A stretch of DNA of 64,000 nt from Bispira polyomma (Eukaryota), in assembly GCA_965649765.1 (NCBI GenBank), contig OZ287753.1:9052001-9116000 (forward strand), in the 5' to 3' direction. Each line of letters begins with the position of its first letter. Position 1 is the stretch's first letter. Below the pieces are notes generated by a model that was given only the letters and a program-made list of their open reading frames with translations, was not told the DNA's origin and made no database searches. The translations under genes were made by a program, and so were the position numbers. Positions 51,185 to 64,000 of the stretch are shown here, piece by piece.

Positions 51185-53792
51185 ATGGCGTCTAACCAAC
51201 GATTTTATGGATTTTTTAAATGTGGGGACTGCAACAAACTGTGGGAAAGTGCACAAGTGTACCAGAAAGGAACAGAGGGTGTAAGTTATTATTTCAAGAT
51301 TATTATATGTTATATTAAAAATATTTCTCCTATGAACGATAGGTTCATCAGGCTCCCAGACGTCCTGAGAACTATCTATAATGTTCACATACATTTAATT
51401 ACTTCATATAAAATAGTAAAACATGTTCAAGATGGTATTAGTAAAGTGAATGTAACAAGGCTCCAGAGAGTCCAAAATGCCATCTGCCGTATTGTGTACA
51501 AGTTTGACAACTTCAGCCATGTCACACCATGCCATACAAACTCTACTGGCTACCTATCAAAGAGCATATTCTTCTTAAACACAACCTGCTCATGTTCAAA
51601 CCTATCAAACTCAACCAACCTCTGCATTTGTCCTCGCTCATTAAGTCTAGCAGCCTTACTAGGGGAAACCGCCTCTCCATTTCCTTAACCGGATCAAATA
51701 GAAAAATCGGCAGGTGGTGCTTCGAGGCCACAGGTCCTTTTGAGTGGAATAAGTTCCCACAGAATGTCAGATCACAAGATGCAATACCTATTCATGGTAA
51801 TTCTTTGTTTATTCTTGTTAATAAATAAATGGCCACTCGGTAGAGTGCACACCTCTACGAATGTACCACAGGGTCAAAATAACATAAACAGAACAAAGAC
51901 ATATTATGACATGATATGATAGATTTTTAATTGATGCCAGATATCTTCTAAAGTGCAATATCATTGACAAATTTGTGGTCAGTTTTCAATTCAAATTCGT
52001 GAGTGACGTAGATGTGTAAAATTTCTATGGAGGGAAGCGAGGATGAAGAGATAGGTCCTAAGGTTGCTTTTGAAACAAGAGAGGTTTTTTTGGGATATTT
52101 TTAGCTGATAAACTATTTCATAGCATTGGAGCTGCAACAGAGATGGCATACAATCCAATCTGTTTTCTGGTTCTAGTATCAAAGACTGAGATTCTATTTC
52201 TCCCTAGTAAGCCTGCTGAAAGACAACAATGAGGCAAGATATGAGGGTGGACAAACTTTGACACCTTTGTATGTAGTGACATTGATCTTGGATATAATGT
52301 AATACTTCATAGCAGCCAATGGAGCCATTTTATAAAAGGAGTTGTATTGACGCGAGATCCCACACAGCAATGTGAATAGTATCTTTGCCAACTCTGAAAG
52401 GGCCTCTTTCAAACTTTTCTTTTTGTGATATCCAAAAAGTACAATAAAAATCACAATATCACCTCAACAATGACAAACTTTACAGGATATGTACATTACC
52501 TAGATTAATACATAATACAAGAGCACATTTTTAAATTAAATGTTATGTACATAACTTCATATATTAATCCAAGTACAAGCCAAATTCATAACTCAGATCA
52601 ATGTGTAATACAGAAGCAGATTATCATATTACAAGCTGAGCCCATAACTATGATTTATATGTAATACAGGAGTACATTATCATATTACGGGAGCATTATA
52701 AAATAAAGGCCTTATGTCCTAGTCACACCTACACAGTCTAGATCTACGTTTGTGTCACGTTGTGTGAATTTTGAAAATGTTTTGAAACATAGTACAAAGT
52801 GGGGATCCCTTCTATGATAGTTTTGTTACGTTGTGCGACGGATGATATCAATCCGGAAACGTCTCTGTTTCGTCTTCTGCGTGTAGTGTTTCAAACTGTT
52901 TGAAACACTACAGTCACAGCTCCCGTTTCCCCCTGTTTCTCTGTGCGTCCCCGAACGTTTCCGAAATTAGGATAGACGTATCAGTAAGTAGCTATATGTA
53001 GTAGTATGTAGCGAGGAAGTCCCAGTAAGTAGTGAGATCGTCTCCGTTAGTCGAGAAAGTTTCACTAAGTAGCAGAAGGCAGCAGAACGCAGCCATAAGT
53101 AGCAGTACATTAGCTTTACGTAATATCCTACCAGTAAAGGGTCCGTTTTTTGCCCCCGCTCTGTGTGTATAAGTACCAACATTGTCACGAAACGTCATGA
53201 AACGTCACAATCAACTCCCCTTTTTTGAAAATGACGTCACTTTGACACAAAGCTGCCACGTTTTTAGTGTATGTTGCTTAGGTACGTTAGGGAACGTTAC
53301 CACGTGTAGGTGTGACCAGGCCATTAGTAACTGTAAAAATGGTGTTTCCAGGCAGGAAAGTTTCATCACATTCTAAATATCCCAAAATAATGTTGCATGA
53401 GTTTATGTCCAAAGTAATATGTACAGACTCAAAAATCTAGTCTTGTAAAGAATTTCAATGACAATGACAAACTTGGTATAACATTAGCTGGGTGGATATA
53501 AATGCGCAAAAGTATAAATTTGAATGCTAAAAAGAGAAATTGGGTATGTGTTTCACTACAACAATACTGATGGTGTGTTTGTCGCATTCAGGTCTATTGG
53601 AAACAAGAATGCAAAAAGTGCAAAAGTGCCTGGGCCCCGTACAAAGCGGATCCGGTTGTATGCCGTCTCTGTGGGGAGCGAAAGTGCAACTGTACTCGTG
53701 AGCGACACACAGACCCAAGGCTTGACCATCGCAGTGACCTCTGCACTAAATGTCAGGCTGGATATCCCTGTCAACGGGCCAGGTTTATGTAG
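51185..53792 (+). CDS. Stand-alone ZAR1-like zinc-binding (zf-3CxxC) protein, two exons, 98 aa
   Basis: Exon 1 51185-51280 MASNQRFYGFFKCGDCNKLWESAQVYQKGTEG|gtaagt; exon 2 cattcag|53592-53792 VYWKQECKKCKSAWAPYKADPVVCRLCGERKCNCTRERHTDPRLDHRSDLCTKCQAGYPCQRARFM*; phase 0/0. Confidence 0.9.
51960..52240 (-). mobile_element. L2-like 3' fragment in the ZAR1-like intron
   Basis: LSCFKSNLRTYLFILA-type terminal motif; tgcactttagaagatatctggc 3' end. Confidence 0.55.
52715..53323. mobile_element. PIF/Harbinger-like non-autonomous DNA transposon, TTA TSD
   Basis: tta|tgtcctagtcacacctacac ... gtgtaggtgtgaccaggcca|tta. Confidence 0.8.
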
Positions 53793-56570
53793 GGTACATG
53801 GTGCAAGTGAAGATTTGATAGGATCGGTGGTGAAGGTACACAGAGAGAATCTTTAGACAGACATTTACAGAGAAAGGGAGAAATGTGTAAACTACTAAAA
53901 TAAATTTAGATATAAATAGGTATAAATATATAGTTTACTAGATAATGATGAGTCAAAATTGTTTTATTTTATGGTTTCTTAACACATTAATAAATATTTG
54001 AAATCAGCAAAGAATGTTTAAGTACAGTAGATCCTATATTACGCAAAGTTCAATTACCCCAACATTTAATTGTATGAACAGATTTTCACTCTCCCACAGT
54101 TATGTTTTATTATTGTTTAATACCGAAATGTCTGTTATATTTCATTACCTTTCTGTTGTCCAAATAAACTAAACATATACATGTATAAAGTGTTCTATGG
54201 GGGCTAAGTATAACTTGTTAAATTGTATTTTAAGTACCCTTAATGTCTATGTCAAATGATATAGTCTAGTTTTTATTAAATGTGTACCAATTAGTTCATA
54301 AGATAAGATTATTTGAAATGTGTAAACACTTGAACATTGAATTCATCAAGCAGTTTATTTAAAACATGGTTTAGACATTGACACTAAATGTTAGCCACAC
54401 ACAAGTTAGTACTACCAAAACATTATTAGATTTAACTTAAACCTCATGTTATGGCTAAGGCAATGTTTAATATAGTTGGTAAACTGAACTTAGGATACCA
54501 TAAACTGGAGCTACCTGACGCTATACCTAATTTTGTACTCAATTAATTATCCCTAGATTACACATACTAAGTGGATGCATTTATATCCCTGTACTGAGTT
54601 GCATGTTAAATGTTTAAATAACGTGTAAATTTGAATTTAAATTGGGATATTTAATGTCCACCCTAGTACCTGTTTAGGTTATATTGGGACGGGTAGTTGG
54701 AAATTCTGGAGGAAACACTGCATACAGTTGATCAAGGTTCTGCACTGAAACCAGCGGACCACAGTAAGGAACTACCACCTTTCCCACATAGGAAATAATG
54801 TGTAAAGAAATGAAATATAGTGCCATCATGTGACACTAATGTACAATCATTTTTAGACGAGTGTTATTTCAAAAGATACTGTTGGAAATATTTAAAAACC
54901 TGCTTTCGGGGAGGGAAGGATGCGACACCACAAAGCGCGACACCACAAAGCAGGCACATCAAGAAAAAATTCCAGTGTGAATGTGTGTTTAAGCTTATAT
55001 CCTGTTCACACTACGCCGGTATGGTAAGGTGGTAAGAGACATTTTAAAAATTGGCTGTTTGAGCTCTTTTTCGACTAAAAAATGACCTGAGTAAGTTTCA
55101 AGAGGTTTTCTTAGGCCAAGATGGAACAGCCAATTTAATAGGTAGAAAGATTAGCAACAGTATCTTCTGGTAGCGCCTACCATACCGTCAATGTGTGAAT
55201 GGGCCTTTATATAGAGAGAAATTTGTAGGGGAAAGCTGTAGACAGTTCTCTAATAGCTTGCTGAGGAGTGCACACAGACGGTTCAAGCTCAGTGTGTTCA
55301 ATATAAAAATATTGAACGTGTGCAAACCTAGTCCCTAGGCTTATGTATTGACACTAATTGCTAGTTCCCACCCATATATTTGCATATTGAATTGAAAACC
55401 TGCAATATTTTGATATAAACTGTCAAAATTGACCAACACTTAAGATACCGGTATGATTCGTCAGAAGACTATTTTTCATATTATGGTCATTGTACGTTTT
55501 TAGTAAAGTGGTATTTCTTGTGTCATAAACATTGATGAAATAATGCATGTTTATCGTAATACTAAACCTCTTCACTAATAGGGAAGTAACATAATATTAA
55601 CAATATATCATATATCAGACTTTTTTAGCGCTTATTTTCGTTGTGAAGAACTCTAAGGCGCAAAAAACCACAGCCAGAGCCAAAAATCAATGGTGATAGA
55701 CAGAAGGAAATCGTCATTAATGAGTTCACCGAGAACAGGAAAGAGACTATGGAGGGAATCCATCATTGAACAGATAGGTTTTAAACTGTACTGGAAGAAA
55801 TACAGGGACAGAGCTATCATGATATGTTGAGGTAAACTATTCCATAGTGTAGGAGCATCATTTGAAACTTTTATCAAAGTAAACCTTTGACCGGTGCACT
55901 TTGGACTTATATTTTGCAACAAGGAGACATCTATTTTGGGAGCGGCTCACCTGGTATTAACATTATACTTGTAGTAACACAAGTGTAGTTTAAAGTATTT
56001 AGGCGAACCCAAATCGAGAAGCTATTGTAGCAGTTTTAAAAAAACACCGATACCTAACAGGAAGCCAGTGGGGTGACTTTAGAATCGGTGAAGCATGTGA
56101 AAGCCGAGCTGAACAACTGACCAGACGTACCAATGAGTTCTGGATGCATTGCAAGTTGTTTAGGTCATTTTTGGTCAAACTACGACACAGTAAATTGCAG
56201 TAGTCCAGTCTGTTACCAACCAGAGCAGTTATTGCAACCGATTTTGGAAGGTATCTTCTTATTCTCCAAAGGTCTCTAAGACCCATGAAGCATGACTTAC
56301 ACACTGATTGGATATGACTGGAAAAGGAAAAATCACTATCAAACACAACTCCCAGGTTCCTCACTTTATCAGTTGGGGATAACAGTGTCACAAGAATGTT
56401 TACTGAAAAATAATTTGCTCGAGTCGGTTTTATTAGGATTCAGCCGAAGGTTGCTACAACACAAATATACTTCACAGACATCCCTCTCCAGATATTAGTC
56501 CTGCCAACTAAAGTGATCAGATGTGTTTTGTCTAGTCAATTTTTGTAAATAAGATATTTCAATGATACAT

Positions 56571-59500
56571 GTACTCGTGTTCACATTATATATACTTGCT
56601 GTATGCCCCTTAACTCTACAAAAATATCTCTAATAAGAACTGTTGCATATTATTGTGATTTGAATAAATTTGCATTAGACAATAAAGAAAAAATCAGCAG
56701 GAAAATATTATTTTGAGTCATGAAAATTCTCAGAAAGGAGGATATATAACGCTGCTTAAAATAACTTAAAATAAATTTAGATTCTAATAACACCTTGAAC
56801 CTTATTCATGATCAACAACATTAGGTTAACCATTTAAAATAACAAGCCCTGAACCAAATTGCAGATAAGAAAATCCTGACTGTATTCAGTAACTAGTCCA
56901 GATTTAAAAATTTATATCAAACCTAAATAATGCAGTCTTCATAGAATAGAACAGTGATTTCTTACCAATGTAATGACACACAGTTAATAGTAGGTATTCA
57001 AAAATATATCAGCTAGTTGAACAAAACGTGAGCGCAAAATAGAGTAGAAAATGTATTTACTACAAATTAAGTTTAAAGCTTTTTTATAAATTTATATCCA
57101 GATGCCAATAATTATGCAGTATATCATATGTATGATACAATTGTTGAGTCATTTTATTTCTAAAATTTGAAATTGGATGAACTCTGAACATCCATATATT
57201 TCTATGAGTTTATTTGGTGAAAATTAAAAAAATGACTATTGTTTTTATGATATTAAAATAGGTTTTTTTCCACAAAGTCATTTACCTTATTGCGTAATAC
57301 TGGCATCTTTTTTCATCACTAATAGTAGCCTTTCTTTGGATCCAATTGTGTGACCTATCTAGTAAAATTTGTTCATCATGCACACACAGCTTATAAAAAA
57401 AATAACAAAATAAATGGGTTATTAAGTTTGCTGTAGAAGTCTTCTTAACTTAATTCTAAACCCCAAAATAGGCTTATTATACTGAATATTTTTAATTTGA
57501 AAACAAATGCTTGATATTACATGGAGCCAGATAAAGCTACTGTTACAGGTTCGTAACCTATTGTGTGAAAACAATACACACACTTGTTGGTCACCAATAT
57601 AGGGATGGGATACAGACCACAATAAAATCATTTAAGTTTTAGAATAGATCTGCATGCAGGACTGCTGCAAGAATATGTTTTTAAACCCATTTTGACACTT
57701 AGTGTAGAGTTAATTTTAGGGTATTCTTGTTTAGCTTGGCAATTCGAAAAAAAAGCAACACTGTCAGTGCAATATAAACTTTTCCTCAATGTTCCCCGTA
57801 ATTTAATTAATAAAAAGGTTTGCCAAAAAAATACATGGGGGGGGGGGGGGGGGGGGGTAAAAAGACAGACAAACTTTGCATAATATTTCTTATAATCCAG
57901 CATTTCACAGTCAAGCAATACCATCAATACATCAACATCAGCTACAATTATTGTGCTGAATTTTCTCATTACGGTTTATATACCTGTAATTTTGTATATG
58001 CATGATTCAGTCTCACATTGGCGGCATAGCGGCATGGAAAGACTGTATACATATCACCTGGTACATGCTGTAATCGAATATCACTGTTTCAATACCTAAT
58101 GAGACTGCCTTTGAAATCCCCTAACTGTTTGTCAGATGATGGTTTCAAACAAGTTCAAAATTTAGGCTCTCCAGGGACCCTTAAATATGTAATTGGTATA
58201 ATACAGTGAAAATGTGAAGTATTATTGTATGGGTACATGTGTTTGTTGTATTGTAAGGCTGCGGTAGATGATAAACTTGATCCTGTTTTTCCTGTATTTG
58301 TATAAAACAGCTTAAGGCACAGGCAGCCACTGCCGATTAGGGATCTACCCAGGGATCCACCGATGGATCCATCCAGGAGGTGGGGCCTTTAACATTAGGT
58401 TCCAGGCTGATTAGCCCCTCTTGGAGGTAGAGGATGACATCCTGGAGGATTCGCCACCTCAACCACATACAAGCAACAGTACCACCCTAACTTTGCAGCC
58501 TGCAAAGTGAAGCAAGAATGCTACTAGTACAGAGAGTATGGAGGATCATAAACTAATAAAAACTTTGAGATTATGGACAAGGCTCTGTGTCAGGCATTAT
58601 CAATTGAGAAGCCTACAATGCAACATGGCTGGGACCTTTATTGATAGATACATCTCTTCTATAGCCTGTAGCCTCTCCTCTATATTAATGGTTACATCAT
58701 TGTCCTCTCCCTCTCTGTGTCCACACTACTACTATCCAGGTGCCCAGATATAAGGTCAGAAAGGAAAGACAACTGACACAAAACATTGTGAATTCAGATT
58801 TATAATCACACAAACTTCAGTGATCTGAAGGTCTGAGCTCAATTCAATAGACTATTGGCAACCCAGATGTAATTTCATCAACAGAGCTACATATTGCACA
58901 AGAGAACCTTCATTCTAAGTATAAATCATTTAAATATTTGAATAAATGGGTGACTTATATATTTAAATACAGAACCAATCTGGTATCCACGGAGGTTCTA
59001 AGAATCAAGAATATGAGCAGTGCTGTGTTTCGTATACAACTGGCTGATATTACCAAGTAGGTTATCTTTAGAAAATGTCTGGCAGGTTAAAATAACAGAC
59101 ATATTTTTACTTTGTTATGATTTTTTGTTGTAATAGCTTTCTATTAAGAGGTACAAATTTTTTTCTGTTAACAGTGTTGCAACTATTAGGTATTTTAGGT
59201 GCATGTGTCTTGTATGCATGAAAAAATAATATTTTCTAAAATTGCAAACGCTTACTAAGTAAATATAATAATGCATCATTTTACATAAAATGCAGTCCTG
59301 TTCAGTTTCTCAAGAGAGTTGGTTACATCTGTTTAAGATTTTTTAAGAAATCGTTTTTCAGGGCTGGTATTCTCGAACGTATACTCACCTTAAACTCATA
59401 CTCAACTCAAATCTGGATTCTTTATAACTCTGACTACAGTGAATATATATAAAATCTGACTTGATATTTGAATTCCAGGTTAAAAGCTCTATTAAAATGG

Positions 59501-61430
59501 TCACAAGTATAGGTTATTTACATTTACAATGATTTCCACATGGCCTGTATTTGAGTTGAGTATGAGTTTAAGCCGAGTATACGTTTGAGAATACGGGCCC
59601 AGGTGTTCTTCCAAAGACATTTTTTTAGTCAATATCTAGTCTTTCTAAAGCCACACTCATGTCTAATGACTACTATTAATAAAAAATAAACCAAAAATAT
59701 TTACCAGCTGAAAAGCCTCACATAAACAGGTTTATGTTATTTACTTTTCCGTGTCAGCATCTTTATAACAGTGGATAAGATCACCCGGTTCAGTACTTGC
59801 TAAGTACTGCTAAGGTAAAACCATAGGGCGGTGTAGCTGTACAAGCTATCCTACAGCTGTAAATATCCTACTCATAACTGATCAAAACTCCAAGTTAAAT
59901 AGAAACATTGTAGTTATGTTCGAGTAAAAATAAAATATGCCAGCTATAACAAAAGTAAAGACTTTCCTTTGAACATAGGCCGAAAGTTAAGGTCGTATGG
60001 CACACAGGTAATGATTGTCAGCACCAACTAACCTTTTCTTGTCTCAACAACCAACAACCAACCGGTATCAGTCACTGTCATTCCGCTCACTAACTTAGAA
60101 CAGATGCTTAGTAATGACCATCTATTAACATCCCCAAGGACTAAACACCATGCCACTGGTCAATGTCAGATGGCAATTTTGGATTCATAGTAACCCTAAA
60201 GATGATTTCCAAAAAAAACACAATCTATGATTATAGAGAGTTCAACCTGTGACCATCTAGTCAATGAACAACTGTCTAACCACTTTATAATAGATGATAA
60301 AAATATAATAATAACCATTTTAACGAGTGTTAAACTTTTTCTGTGCTAGTTCTTGCAAACCAAGAGGCTTTGGAAGTTCATATTTGGTACAAATATTGCT
60401 TACAGGTTCTAGATGTGCAAAAGCATGGTCTGATGTCATCCACAGGAACTCACCAAATTTAACAGTGAAGCTTAATACTCAAGTATATTACTTTTAGCCT
60501 ATCCAAATAAAACAAGAATATCTAACTTGTTATACGACATAATTACATCCACCAAGGAGATTATGCTTACCCATGTCTTGTGGTTGATCTGTGTGTCACT
60601 AAGTTTATACTTAAACTACTCAACCAATTTACATATAATTTGCTAGCTAGATGGGGTATCGGTCAGGGTACTAGACAGTAGGATAGATCTAGGAATTGAT
60701 TTTCACCTATTGCCAGTGTGGTTCCCTTGAAACCAGTCTTTGACTGAAGTTATTAGTTTATTCGCTTTCTGAATAAAGTTTCTTGATTTAATTGTCACTG
60801 CCTTTAACCTCATGGCAGAATAGTTTACTGGTAATTAGGTCAACACAACATCTTTACTCAATGTATCTTGTCTCAAATCTATGGATGACTTTCAGCAATT
60901 TTCAGTAATTTTCAGTAGGTGTATGCTCATGGCATAATCACATGATATTGGTTAGTGGATCTCTAATAAAGTACAAGGACATCAGTAATTAATAGCAAAT
61001 GAGATTATTACAAGTTCAACAACCAGAGATTCCAGTAAAATGGAATCAAAAGTGAAATTTCTGCAGAGAACGTTATGTCACGATAACATAGAATTGCATA
61101 ACGGTAAAATGAATCACAAGTATTAAAAGATTAATAGGATGATTCAAACATTATGAATGACTTATCACAGTACGTCGACATGAACATCATTGGGAAAATA
61201 TAAACACACAAAGTTTGCTGCACATTTTTTATAATCAAACATTTTACTATCAATCAATAGGTCATTTTGGTTACGGTACTACAATTTCTCATTATGTTGG
61301 ATAAAGTTTATCATTTGCACAATGGTTCTTCATTTTAACATTTTTATATTATACTGAGAAATTTTTAATATTATAATAATAATAATAAACTTATTTATTC
61401 AAATTTTTAATCAAATAAAAATTAAATAAA
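56571..61430. repeat. Tandem segmental duplication unit III (partial, more diverged)
   Basis: Colinear with 22200-27220 and 37311-42450 up to aaacttatttattcaa, where LINE D interrupts. Confidence 0.88.
59362..59599. mobile_element. Harbinger-like MITE with ~50-bp TIRs, CAG TSD
   Basis: cag|ggctggtattctcgaacgtatactcaccttaaactcatactcaactcaaat ... atttgagttgagtatgagtttaagccgagtatacgtttgagaatacgggcc|cag; empty site at ~40757 (tttttctggtgttc). Confidence 0.88.
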
Positions 61431-61434
61431 GAAA

Positions 61435-64000
61435 CTATAGATAGATAGATAAATTTTATTTATTACAGTGACATGTAAATACAAATATTTTGAAAATATA
61501 ATGGTTTGGTTTTGTTTTTTTACCCAGCCCTACATGGGCTTATATGTCACTTTAAACACGTCTACATTATTCATAGGTCATATTTCAAATTGATAAATAC
61601 TTTGTTGTACATGTATGTATCCAATTGTAAACAATTAAACAACTATTTAAATACAATTTCCTTACGCTTCTCCCATGCTGGTACAAGATATCTTTTCGAC
61701 AATTTTTGTTAATATATATAAATTTCTCTCTGTTATCCATGGATGAAAGACCTTCAAAGTGTGATGCAATATTACAATGCATTTGTTCTCGTAAAGAATT
61801 AGAAACTGTACAAATACATAAAAAGTGAAATTCATCTTCGACTAATTCGCTTGAACAAACTAGACACAGGCGTTCATCTGGATGCAATTTTCTTGGATGA
61901 TCTAAAGTTATGTCTCACATAATATTAAACCAGCCAGTTTCAATTCGAAGTGGAATTATTTAAGACCGAAATTGAGATAATAGTGACCTTTAGTATCTTG
62001 GTAAACAACTTTTGATGTAGGGTTCAGTAGAAAGTTTTGGCTTAGCAATAACCTCCTGTTGCCATTCTGTGTCAGAAATTTTATGTAACCTTGTTGTTGC
62101 TTCAGCTATATTGCATTTGTTTTTATGTAAAAATAGTTGATTCATTTCTAACAATTTCAGGATATTTTTGACATCAGAACATCAGTAGTTTCGATTGGAG
62201 CACGCATGATCCCATTCAAAGGTTATCCTAGTTAACCTAGAATTGTTCATATTCAGAATTCTGTTCCAAAACCGTAAAATACTAATAAAACGTCTAAATC
62301 TACCTGGAAGCCAACCCATGTCTCCCAGGAAAGCAGCAGTCAGAACAAAGCTATGTACACCTAGAAAGTACCTCATTGCTTTATTTTGTACTACATTTGG
62401 CGTAGTTCTCTTGGAATAACCCCAAATATTACTGCCATAATCAATTATTGAAGAAACACCAGAATTAACTAGTCTATTAAATATATTATACCCAATAACT
62501 TTATAATATTTGAATTTTGATACAATCCTTCCAAGAGCTCTGCTACTTCAGCTAAGGTATCAATACATTCATTATAGCTTAAATGTTCATCGAGAATTAA
62601 ACCCAGGTATTTATACGTCACTACTACTTTTAAACTAAAACCGCCATATCTAAAATCATGACTGGTTTTAGGTTTTGATTTGATTTTTCTTTATTTACAG
62701 TTGATCGCCATTTTTTGCACCATTTCAACATTGTATTAAGCATTGTTTGTAATTTTACTCCACTATCTGAAATAAGTACTATATCATCTGCAAAAAGAAG
62801 ACTTGAAACATAAGTACCATTTATATTGATGCCCAAAGTCATTTTCCTGATTTCTTTGGTTAGTTCATTAATGTATATTGCAAATAAAGTCGGTGACAAT
62901 GTATCCCCCTGTAAAACACCATTTCTCACTTGGAACCAGTCACTCATTTAGCCTAATACATGAGAATGTAGTTGAATAAATATTTTTTATTGCATAATAT
63001 ACTTTCCCATCAATGTTATACTCCAAAAGGCGATATAATATGTCCCTATCTATATGATCAAAGGCCTTTTCCATACAATATGTTGATTTATTGTCTGAAA
63101 TTCTATTTCTTATTATCGAGTTGAGTACAAAAAGGTGATCCTCACAAGAACGGCCTTTTCGAAACCCATTTTGTTCTTCAACTAATAGATCTAGTATCAA
63201 TAAATATGTGTTAATTTGCTTATTTAATAATGCATGATAAACTTTAGCTACATAAGAGTTTAAACTTATATCTCTATAATTTAATGGAATATAAGGGTCT
63301 TTATCACTACTCTTGGGTACTGGTGTAATGAGGGATTTTGCCATACTGTGGAAGTAAGACTGTAATCAAAACACATATTAAATAGATCTGTAATGTATGC
63401 AATTACTGTATCTTCCTTAAAAAATATCATTTGGAATACAGTTTAAACCTACTGATTTTTTGTTCTTCAGTGCCTTAACAACTTAAAAAACCTCAAATTT
63501 TGTAATCACCGAATTGACGCAGTCATTATTTGAATAGTGTTGATCTTCATATTCCATTCTAGAATTGACTTATGGTGTAGGATACTAAAATAGAAATTAT
63601 TGTTAAAATCAGAGAAGTCAGATTTATTTGAAAGTGTATTAAAGTCATTCTGCCATTTCTGTAGCACTACTGAAGGATTAGATTCTAAAGCATCATTTTG
63701 TTTTACTTTCATTGGAATAAGATTATTTTTGGTAGACCTAATTAATTTCTTAATATGATTCCAAAATTCTTTTGGATTTTTGTGGTAAAATTTTCAACTT
63801 TTAAAACTTGATCTCGGTTGTACCTTCTATCATATAAACTTAGTTTTTTATCAAAGTTTGCCCTTTTTTCTCGGAAAATACTGTGTAAATGAAGTTTAAC
63901 CTGTCGATTACCTACAAATTTAAGATATTTATTTTGTGCATTGCCCATGTCTTTCCAGACCTCGGTTAAATCACTGTTCTAGAAAGGGTTTAGCATATTT
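61435..64000 (-). mobile_element. LINE D (RTE-X-like, clade uncertain), decayed, continues beyond the window
   Basis: EEQNGFRKGRSCEDH, GVLQGDTLSPTLF, LLFADD, C-terminal ERLCLVC...VEDEFHFLCIC; (tcta)n tail at ~61437-61450. Confidence 0.88.

Larger units (their letters stand above)
37311..56570. repeat. Tandem segmental duplication unit II (~19 kb)
   Basis: Colinear with unit I, plus two extra blocks (~49305-50755 and ~51722-54117) absent from unit I. Confidence 0.92.

Noticed and set aside
51281-51688. Continuation of the 167-aa ORF from 51185
   Set aside because: Read-through past a strong gtaagt donor into intron and L2 fragment.
53524-53856. 110-aa + strand ORF and two overlapping - strand ORFs
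   Set aside because: Shadow frames of the ZAR1-like exon 2, which is in a different + frame (53592-53792).

Overview
AT-rich animal (probably marine invertebrate) genomic DNA; the species cannot be determined from the sequence. Bases ~0.5-12.2 kb are a three-level nest of decayed LINEs. LINE A (+; 2A-like/PHD/APE/RT) is split at a 13-bp target-site duplication (TSD) by LINE B (-), which is itself interrupted by LINE C (+). LINE B has a codon-precise 5' inversion (twin-priming signature). Undoing it shows that its ORF1 ends in an IMPACT/YigZ (UPF0029)-like domain. An intronless, atypical class-A GPCR follows (15.06-16.1 kb, -). From ~18 kb onward the window is a tandem segmental-duplication array with units of ~15-19 kb. 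It holds three copies of a multi-exon minus-strand gene for a small secreted protein (signal peptide + predicted helical/coiled-coil region + C-terminal collagen helix, no globular head). Head-to-head with this gene lies a two-exon, 98-aa stand-alone ZAR1-type zinc-binding (zf-3CxxC) gene, intact in one unit and a pseudogene in the other. Neither spliced gene is recovered by the ORF track. SINEs, Harbinger-type MITEs, L2 fragments, minisatellites and a fourth LINE (61.4-64 kb) fill the rest. All family assignments are from motif recognition by eye; no database search was run.
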